From positions 7,278-71,277 of the forward strand of contig CALRFG010000001.1 in assembly GCA_943356525.1 (NCBI GenBank): DNA of 64,000 bases. Direction: 5' to 3'. The notes beneath the pieces are model-generated. The model saw nothing but the letters and a program-made list of their open reading frames with translations. It did no database searches and was not told the origin of the DNA. This document shows positions 27,473-34,624 of the stretch, in pieces; position 1 is the stretch's first letter; every line of letters begins with the position of its first letter. The position numbers and the translations under genes were made by a program. The stretch is from Candidatus Nomurabacteria bacterium (lineage in GTDB: Bacteria; Patescibacteriota; Minisyncoccia; Phycocordibacterales; CAIZLB01).

Positions 27473-27494
27473 GTGTTGATTATATCAGATTATT
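26678..27494. repeat. ~817-bp near-perfect direct repeat, copy 1 (5' part of the gene plus promoter)
   Basis: Identical to 28557..29373, as shown by the identical overlapping ORFs 27018..27206 and 28897..29085, 1879 bp apart. Ends 22 nt upstream of the ATG. Confidence 0.85.
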
Positions 27495-28059
27495 TCAATT
27501 GATTGTATTGTTTTGTTATTTCTTGTTTTTTTGCTGATGAAAGATTTTCATACTCACCACTTAATTCTACATACCATTGAAATATTAAATAAACATTTGC
27601 TTTAGTTTTTTTAATGTCACTGCTTGTATTTATAATTTTTATCAATTCTGATGAGTTTTTTGATATAAAAGGTCTCCAAGCTTCCAACAAAACCTCATTA
27701 TCTGCCGATTCAGATAAAGATAAAGCTTGACTTAATAGCTCAGGGTTTTTTGTTATCTCCCAGTTGAATAAAATTTTATTTAGATTGTTATATTCAACAT
27801 CTTCAACGCCGTCCTTGTAACTTACAACATTGACATCTAAATTATTTTTTAACAATGTTGATGTATCATCTAATTTTTTATCACCCAATGTTTCATTTTT
27901 TCCAAACACTACCCTATCAGATATAACTGTTTGTGTACTTGTTGATACCTCTATGTTTAACTGTGTTTGTTTTTTATTATTTACGTAAAAATAAGAAAAA
28001 ATTATTAAAAACGATATTAATATTATTATGATTATTCTTATAAATTTTGTATTTAACAT
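27490..28059 (-). CDS. hypothetical membrane-anchored protein between the two paralogs (candidate immunity/partner protein)
   Basis: 189 aa with an N-terminal TM anchor. Directly downstream of paralog B. Confidence 0.45.
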   Translation of the reverse strand: MLNTKFIRIIIIILISFLIIFSYFYVNNKKQTQLNIEVSTSTQTVISDRVVFGKNETLGDKKLDDTSTLLKNNLDVNVVSYKDGVEDVEYNNLNKILFNWEITKNPELLSQALSLSESADNEVLLEAWRPFISKNSSELIKIINTSSDIKKTKANVYLIFQWYVELSGEYENLSSAKKQEITKQYNQLK

Positions 28060-28070
28060 ATTTTTATTTA

Positions 28071-29351
28071 TTATTTTCCAACAATTATTGAACCTTTACC
28101 CAAAGCTGTATAGGTTTGTATTGCTCTCCAAAACCTTTGCTGTGTTGCCAAATCTCCGACAATACCTATACAACCAATTGTACCAGGTCCACCTCCATCT
28201 GGGTGTATTCTTAGTTCTGTTCTTTGTGTATTTGTCCTCGGATCAAGTTGTATATCGTTTAGGTCACATGAATATCCAAAACCACTTACAAACATTGTTG
28301 GTTTAGATGCTATATCTGTTCTTATACGGCAATTTGTTATTGTATAAGTACCAAATGGTAAATATCCCTCACCCCCACCACCTGATCTAAAAGGAAAAAC
28401 TTCACCTGATATGTTTAGAACACCACCACTTGCTCTAGCTTGCATTAAGGTTGGATTTTCTATTGAATTTATTTTTGCGTATGCTATTCCTGACTGCATA
28501 CTTGACATCGGTAATCCATAATTTCCATAAGCATCCACAATCGACCCACCCCCAGCACCTCCTAAATACGGACTATTTGGTACACTTGGTCCATAAAGCC
28601 CTGGAACATTAACACTCTGCTGTAAACCTTCAACATTTGCAAAGCTTGTAGAATATGTACCCTCCTTCAATCCTTGGGCTGCTTTAGCTATACCCCCATC
28701 AATACTATTCTCAGTATCAAGTTGTCCTGGATTAAAGTTAAAAGCCACAAGTTGTTTGTTTACTGTATACAATATGGTATATGACAGTAAGCCTAAAGCC
28801 AAAGCTATTAAACTATTTTGCAATCTCTTTTTAGCACCTCCTTTTATCTGACCAGTTGCCTCCTCTGTCATATATTGTATACCTGAAACAGATATATTGA
28901 TAACAGATAATATTATTATGATTGATATCAAAAGTGTAAACAACATTTTCAACAACCCCTCAGTCCCACTAGCCACTTTAATACAAGTTATCTTACCTCC
29001 TTCCTTGGTGTCTCTGTTTGGAACCTCAACAACACCAAGACTCACTGCCCCTGGAAAAGTCTTGTCTATACCAGAAAAAGGTTGATAAAGTTTCTTATTT
29101 ACATAATCACAGTTTTTTGTAGTTGGAAATATTGTTGCAAGTATCGAACCTTCAGGTGCTGCCCAATCCACAAATTTATCAGCAAACCCTTTTTCTTGAG
29201 TTGGGGTGGAGGCTTGTTTTGGTGCTGCGGCATCTAGCCTCATTTGACCTGGTACAGCTTGGGGAACTTGTGCCAAAACATCATCACCACCCAAAAGCAA
29301 AACAAAAATCAACACAAGTATTTTTACAAAATTGAATAAAGGTTTATCCAT
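28071..29351 (-). CDS. membrane protein, paralog B: conserved N-terminal module plus C-terminal L,D-transpeptidase/Tlde1-like (H...GC) domain
   Basis: 426 aa. The N-terminal 265 aa match the 26216 gene. The C-terminus has ELRIHPDGGGPGTIGCIGIVGD, a His...Gly-Cys pattern reminiscent of YkuD/DUF2778 catalytic motifs. Confidence 0.55.
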   Translation of the reverse strand: MDKPLFNFVKILVLIFVLLLGGDDVLAQVPQAVPGQMRLDAAAPKQASTPTQEKGFADKFVDWAAPEGSILATIFPTTKNCDYVNKKLYQPFSGIDKTFPGAVSLGVVEVPNRDTKEGGKITCIKVASGTEGLLKMLFTLLISIIIILSVINISVSGIQYMTEEATGQIKGGAKKRLQNSLIALALGLLSYTILYTVNKQLVAFNFNPGQLDTENSIDGGIAKAAQGLKEGTYSTSFANVEGLQQSVNVPGLYGPSVPNSPYLGGAGGGSIVDAYGNYGLPMSSMQSGIAYAKINSIENPTLMQARASGGVLNISGEVFPFRSGGGGEGYLPFGTYTITNCRIRTDIASKPTMFVSGFGYSCDLNDIQLDPRTNTQRTELRIHPDGGGPGTIGCIGIVGDLATQQRFWRAIQTYTALGKGSIIVGK

Positions 29352-29373
29352 GTGTTGATTATATCAGATTATT
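28557..29373. repeat. ~817-bp near-perfect direct repeat, copy 2
   Basis: See 26678..27494. Confidence 0.85.
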
Positions 29374-30382
29374 TATTACTTGTTTCTATTATATAAGTAA
29401 CACTTCTTGTTTGAAGTATTGAATTTTCATTTTTAATTTCTACTGACATTCTTGACCTGTCATTATTTGTTTTCTTTTTAAAAGAAAGTTCATTCAGGTT
29501 TGTATTAATTTTTACATCATTTATATACCATGTATATAATCCAGAAAAAACCGTTGAAAAAGAATAATATAAAGGATAAGAAACTATAGTTGCTTCTAAC
29601 TTATTCATGTAGTAAGTATTTTTTATTGTTTTATTAAACAAAACTCCAAGTAATGGTGATTTTTCATAAGTTATAATTTCACTAGGTAGGGCTCTTACTT
29701 TTAACAAAGCTTCATTATTGAAAGAGTTTTTTTGTGTATTTTTATCGTTAAAACTTTTTATACTTGAGAGTGTAACTTTAAATAAAGGTTCTATCCCCAA
29801 GATGTCATCCTCATATACAAATGAAGAATATCCAACCCCTGATTGATTTCCAAGGACTGTATCATCTTTTTTCCATGTGTAGTTGTTATACTTATTTGTT
29901 AAAGGATTTTCTTGATCAAGATTTATTGCGTTTAAAACAAGTGTTGCCTCTGGTGTAAAAAATGATTTACCTCTATAAAAAGGGGGTGTATATGTTCTAG
30001 ATTCCCAGACTATTATGATTTTTTTTGGATCAAATTCAAAAGTTTTTTCTATAATCAGACCATTTTCTGTAGTTATTTTTAGATCTATCTTAGTTTTTTC
30101 AGATAAAACAAAACTAGCTTTGTTTATACCTACCCCATCTTTAAAAACCACTCCGTTAATTTTCCATATAAAACTCGTGTTTTGTATAGGTGTACCATAC
30201 ATCTGAGCCTCAAGTTCTACAGTATCACCTATGTTGGGTCTAGTAGGTGTTATGTTGTAATAAACTTTTTCTTTTAGTTCTGGTATGTCACCAGGTTTGA
30301 TCAACTCGGCAAAGGTTTTTGTTGAAACACTCAAGTATAAAACAAATATAGTTATTAAAAATATTTTAGAGAAAAAACTCAT
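29369..30382 (-). CDS. hypothetical secreted protein (T4SS locus)
   Basis: 337 aa with a signal peptide. TATAAT 7 nt upstream of the ATG. Confidence 0.5.
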   Translation of the reverse strand: MSFFSKIFLITIFVLYLSVSTKTFAELIKPGDIPELKEKVYYNITPTRPNIGDTVELEAQMYGTPIQNTSFIWKINGVVFKDGVGINKASFVLSEKTKIDLKITTENGLIIEKTFEFDPKKIIIVWESRTYTPPFYRGKSFFTPEATLVLNAINLDQENPLTNKYNNYTWKKDDTVLGNQSGVGYSSFVYEDDILGIEPLFKVTLSSIKSFNDKNTQKNSFNNEALLKVRALPSEIITYEKSPLLGVLFNKTIKNTYYMNKLEATIVSYPLYYSFSTVFSGLYTWYINDVKINTNLNELSFKKKTNNDRSRMSVEIKNENSILQTRSVTYIIETSNK

Positions 30383-30401
30383 GTTATAATTATATCAGAT
30401 T

Positions 30402-30827
30402 TTAATTTGAATAGTAGGAATAGATTACATTTAACGTCATAAAAGGTAAAAAACTTATAAAAGGAATATATTCAAGTATAGACGTTGCACCCATAGATCC
30501 TATTTTTTTCATATTAAACTTCACACCAGAGAAGAAAAACCAAGGTATAAATATCACATTGTATAGTATTGATATAAGTATACTTATTGCAGGAATTAAA
30601 CTAAGTAGATCAAGTATTATAGAGACAGCCAACATACATATAAAATTTAATGTTATTGGTTTTTTTGTGATATTTTTAGCTACATTTTTAGCATTAGTGA
30701 TCTGATTTACAGGGTTCTTGTCTCCACCTATTTTTTCACCAACCCTTTCGATTTTACTAGGACTATTTAATTCAGAAGTATCCCTCCTCTCCACTCTACT
30801 TGGCCTCTCACCTAATTGTGTAGCCAT
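30402..30827 (-). CDS. hypothetical small membrane protein overlapping the virB4 3' end
   Basis: 141 aa with two or three TM segments. Overlaps the upstream gene by 16 nt. Confidence 0.45.
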   Translation of the reverse strand: MATQLGERPSRVERRDTSELNSPSKIERVGEKIGGDKNPVNQITNAKNVAKNITKKPITLNFICMLAVSIILDLLSLIPAISILISILYNVIFIPWFFFSGVKFNMKKIGSMGATSILEYIPFISFLPFMTLNVIYSYYSN

Positions 30828-32629
30828 GTTTTTTGATTATCTTTATTGGCATTTAATATCTCTTCTGGATTTGATGTGATGATTTTATTTTCAGTCTCTG
30901 ATGCGACAACTTTCAGTGCAACATGTTTTTGTCCTGCAAAAAATATTCCCTCCCCGACACCTGACTCTAATAATAAATATTTCTCTTCATTTGTAAGGTT
31001 AAATGTCTTTTGAACCATATCTATCGATGTTGGTGACTGTTTTAACATAAATTGCATAGATGAGTTTGTGATAATAGGCAATCCATAAGGAGATCTCAAA
31101 AAGTCTTCTACATCTTGAGTTATTGTTGATATACCTAGATAGTATTTTCTACCTCTTTTAGCTAAGCCAAACAAGAAAGATGCTGTATCTTCTGATTTCA
31201 TCATCCACCACGCTTCATCAACAACCAAAAGTCTCTTTTTTATTTCTTTACGTACTAAACTCCAAATATGATGCATAACTATATACATAGCTATAGGTTT
31301 AAGCTCATCTTCCATATCACGAAGAGAAAATACCACTAATTTTTTATTTATATCCAAGTTTGAAGGTCTGTTTATAAATCCTGACCATGTTCCTTTTGTA
31401 TATTTTGTAAGTCTCTGTACCAATGACTCCCCTCCTTCAAGTCCAGCGAGTACCAACTCAAAGTCTGACATCAAAGGTGGTTCTATAGCTGAAAAATTGG
31501 CTTCAGGGGTGATATCTTTAAGTGCATAGGTTTCAGATATAGCTCTATCTATAATAGAATCCTCCTCAGGTGTTAAACCTCCAAGCATAAGACGGAAAAG
31601 TCCAACCAGGTTTACTATATGTGATCGTAAAACATCAGACGGAGACTCATCCTCATGTGGCATAGGTAAGTCAAAAGGGTTGATATGATTTTCTGATGTT
31701 AAAGATATATTAAAATATCTACCACCTAGAGTCTCTGTCATCTTCTCATACTCTCTTTCAGGGTCAAGAACTATAACATCAACATCAAACATAAGAGATC
31801 TTAATATCTCAAGTTTAGTGGCATAAGATTTTCCAGAACCAGATTTTGCAAAAGTAACAGAGTTATAGTTTTCAAGAGAAAATCTATCAAATAACACCAA
31901 ACTGTTATTGTGACGGTTCAACCCATATAAAATACCTCTACCTTCTGTAAGGTCAAAAGAAATAAATGGAAATATACTTGATAGTGGTGATGAGTTTAGT
32001 TTTGAATGAACATCTAATTCATCAGTAGATACTGGTATAGTTGTCCTAAAACCTTGCTCTTGTTGAAACAATGCAGGTTTGATAAAAACAAGAGAAGCCT
32101 CAAGTGTTGATTTTATTTCTGACTCTACCCTGTTGAGTTCTTCCTCACTGTCACCGTATATAGATATATAAATCCCAACATCAAATATTTTTTCTTGTGC
32201 TTGTTGTAGGTTGTCACGCAACTGCTCTAGGTTTTGATATGAGGCATCAAGCTGTGGATCACGAACTAAACCCTTTTCCTCTCTGTCGTTGATTTGACTT
32301 TGTACCTCAGCAACTTTTTTCTTAAATTCATTTAACACAGTTGATGTGTCTATGGGTTGTATAAATATCGATATATCAAAGGCTTTATCTAGATTAATGA
32401 TTGGTGAAAACCAAGAGTCTGATAAAAACTTTGGATAAGACATTACAAAAAAACTTCTAACTAACTTCTCACCTAGGTTTAAAGTCTTAGGACTTATTTT
32501 TAGAGCGGAAGGTGCAATAATATCTTTAAGTTCAAGTACTGCCGATCTATAAATATCTTTCGGTAATATAGACGTTATTTGTTTTATTTGGTTGTTATTA
32601 TTTGTTTTTAAAAAATCTAGAAATCCCAT
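30812..32629 (-). CDS. virB4: VirB4/TrbE/CagE-family type IV secretion ATPase
   Basis: Walker A FAKSGSGKSY. DPEREY (aligned to the VirB4 DPKGEY). Walker B LLVVDEAWWM. C-terminal RKYYLGISTITQDVEDF. Confidence 0.8.
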   Translation of the reverse strand: MGFLDFLKTNNNNQIKQITSILPKDIYRSAVLELKDIIAPSALKISPKTLNLGEKLVRSFFVMSYPKFLSDSWFSPIINLDKAFDISIFIQPIDTSTVLNEFKKKVAEVQSQINDREEKGLVRDPQLDASYQNLEQLRDNLQQAQEKIFDVGIYISIYGDSEEELNRVESEIKSTLEASLVFIKPALFQQEQGFRTTIPVSTDELDVHSKLNSSPLSSIFPFISFDLTEGRGILYGLNRHNNSLVLFDRFSLENYNSVTFAKSGSGKSYATKLEILRSLMFDVDVIVLDPEREYEKMTETLGGRYFNISLTSENHINPFDLPMPHEDESPSDVLRSHIVNLVGLFRLMLGGLTPEEDSIIDRAISETYALKDITPEANFSAIEPPLMSDFELVLAGLEGGESLVQRLTKYTKGTWSGFINRPSNLDINKKLVVFSLRDMEDELKPIAMYIVMHHIWSLVRKEIKKRLLVVDEAWWMMKSEDTASFLFGLAKRGRKYYLGISTITQDVEDFLRSPYGLPIITNSSMQFMLKQSPTSIDMVQKTFNLTNEEKYLLLESGVGEGIFFAGQKHVALKVVASETENKIITSNPEEILNANKDNQKTWLHN

Positions 32630-32638
32630 ATGTATATA

Positions 32639-33262
32639 TTACATCTTTATTGGTTTTTCTGCATCTCCTGGATTAAATATTCTATAAAATAATTCAACTA
32701 ACTCTTCACTACCAAGACGAGCTATCTTTACACCACAACGCGCTAAGCCTTGCTCCACTACAGATATCCTCTGTTCTATTTGATTTTTTATTTCCTCGAA
32801 GTCATCATTCTTACTTTTTTGATTTTCAAATTCATCTTTCTTTTTAAACATTCCTGTTATACTTTTTGTTGCATTTGATATGGGTGCATATGGAACAACT
32901 ATAAAAAAACTTTTAGTCATTATATTTGACCCTTCTGTTAATCCTTTTATAAACATAATATATTCACTAATCTGAACTTTCATCAAATCACTTGTTTGAG
33001 CCCTAAGCCTATCCTCTAACAGCGCTACATAAGGTCTTATATCAAGTTTTCTTGATTGTATATAAGTTTGAACTGTAAAATCTAATGAGTTAAGGAAATT
33101 TTGAAATTGATAAATAACAGATTCTTGTTCTTCTGTTGACTTTAATGCAAAGTTAATTGATGTTGCCAAAACAACAGCTCTCATTGAGCCGTCCTTCAAT
33201 ATCATAATACCTTCACGTATTTCATTGATTGGTACAAAATCTTGTGCAGGGTTAGTCTTCAT
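32639..33262 (-). CDS. hypothetical soluble protein of the T4SS locus
   Basis: 207 aa. The annotated ATG overlaps the 3' end of tRNA-His; the alternative Met (MILKDGSM, ~33205) may be the real start. Confidence 0.45.
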   Translation of the reverse strand: MKTNPAQDFVPINEIREGIMILKDGSMRAVVLATSINFALKSTEEQESVIYQFQNFLNSLDFTVQTYIQSRKLDIRPYVALLEDRLRAQTSDLMKVQISEYIMFIKGLTEGSNIMTKSFFIVVPYAPISNATKSITGMFKKKDEFENQKSKNDDFEEIKNQIEQRISVVEQGLARCGVKIARLGSEELVELFYRIFNPGDAEKPIKM

Positions 33263-33335
33263 GGGCGGCTAGAGAGAATCGAACTCTCGACTCAGGATCC
33301 ACAAACCTGGGTTTTACCACTAAACTATAGTCGCC
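33262..33335 (-). tRNA. tRNA-His (GTG)
   Basis: Cloverleaf folds. Extra 5' G-1 pairs with discriminator C73. Anticodon loop TTGTGGA. T-arm GAGAG-TTCGATT-CTCTC. One A-C mismatch in the acceptor stem. Confidence 0.75.
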
Positions 33336-33380
33336 ATACCTATATTTATAGCAGATATATAGGTATTATTCAATTTTTTC

Positions 33381-33806
33381 TCACTGTTCTTTTTTTGTTG
33401 GATATACACTTTTGTTTACGTCCAAACTCCAAGCCAGATCTTTTAGTTTACTTTGTGACAAAGATGGTGCTAGGAATGAGTCAGCTACACTTGTATCTTG
33501 TACTTTCTCTTCGGCCGTAACAGGTTTATCTATTTTTTTCCATATATATAACTTTGATTTTGTCATATATGAGAAACCGGCAGCTAAAACATCTATAAAA
33601 CTTTTATTATTTATTTTAACAAAAGCTAAAGATCCTGCTAATGCCCAAAGTATAAACATGAGTATAATACCAGGAAAAAAACCAAATACTTTATATATAA
33701 TATATGTACCACCAATACCGCCGAGTATATATATAAATTGCTTAAATGTTAAAGGTCCTATGATTTTACTTTCAAACTCTATAAACTGTGGTACTTGATA
33801 TCTCAT
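33381..33806 (-). CDS. small two-TM membrane protein, VirB3/PrgI-like (putative T4SS component)
   Basis: 141 aa with two hydrophobic helices near the N-terminus (IYILGGIGGTYIIYKVFGFFPGIILMFILWALAG). Sits in the T4SS gene neighbourhood. Confidence 0.4.
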   Translation of the reverse strand: MRYQVPQFIEFESKIIGPLTFKQFIYILGGIGGTYIIYKVFGFFPGIILMFILWALAGSLAFVKINNKSFIDVLAAGFSYMTKSKLYIWKKIDKPVTAEEKVQDTSVADSFLAPSLSQSKLKDLAWSLDVNKSVYPTKKEQ

Positions 33807-33810
33807 ATTG

Positions 33811-34614
33811 TTATTCTAATGGTTCTCTATAGATGTCGTCAAGATTTATAGTTATTGGTTTTTTAATCTCAAGTTTTTGTTCTATATTTGTTTGGATTTT
33901 TATAGGCATTGGTTGAGGCGGTATTTCTGTTTTTGTTATTTCTGGAATAATATCTTCTGTGTGAAATGGTTTCTCTATATGTGTGTTCTGTAGTTGATGG
34001 TCCACAGGGATAGGTTGTGATGCGGGTTGTACAGGTTTAGGCGTTAGTTCTATGGTGAATGATTTTGTCGGTGTGTTTATTTCGTTTAGCATATCGTCTT
34101 TTTCTTTATTGATGTCGGTTGGGATTTCTTTATCTTTTATAACTTCTTCTATAACTTCTTCTTCATCTTCAGGACTAGCATCATCCTCTTCTCTTATTTT
34201 ATCTAGTTCGGCATAGTGTTTTGCATAGGCTTCGTTTTCTGCACGGGCTTCTTTTTCATCATCGTCTAGTAGAAAGTTTTCTATTTCTTCTTCTTCTTTA
34301 TCTCCCTCATCCATATCAACCAAATCTTCTCTTATTTTTTTTAAAATCTTTAAATCAACTTCCAGTAATATATCTGCAGCCATTTCTGAATTTATATGTG
34401 CATCACCAAACATATGGCTTATAAAATCTGGCGCATCTATATCGCCAAACATAAGCTTCATTGTACAGTCTTCAAGTACTTGGGTTTGGTCTATGTGTAG
34501 TTTGAATTGAGTTTTGATTTGTACAAGGGATTCTTCCCAATTTGACATACTAATAGCATACTGAAGATTTTCAGGTAGAGTTTTTAATTTTTCATCATAA
34601 TATGTTTTGTTCAT
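33811..34614 (-). CDS. hypothetical acidic protein
   Basis: 267 aa, Glu/Asp-rich centre, no TM. Confidence 0.4.
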   Translation of the reverse strand: MNKTYYDEKLKTLPENLQYAISMSNWEESLVQIKTQFKLHIDQTQVLEDCTMKLMFGDIDAPDFISHMFGDAHINSEMAADILLEVDLKILKKIREDLVDMDEGDKEEEEIENFLLDDDEKEARAENEAYAKHYAELDKIREEDDASPEDEEEVIEEVIKDKEIPTDINKEKDDMLNEINTPTKSFTIELTPKPVQPASQPIPVDHQLQNTHIEKPFHTEDIIPEITKTEIPPQPMPIKIQTNIEQKLEIKKPITINLDDIYREPLE

Positions 34615-34624
34615 AGTTTTTTAA

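Noticed and set aside
26678-29373. The 817-bp direct repeats, considered as a CRISPR array or IS element
   Set aside because: There are only two copies, they are long and coding (5' halves of paralogous genes), and there are no terminal inverted repeats or transposase, so neither fits. They are reported instead as a paralog duplication.
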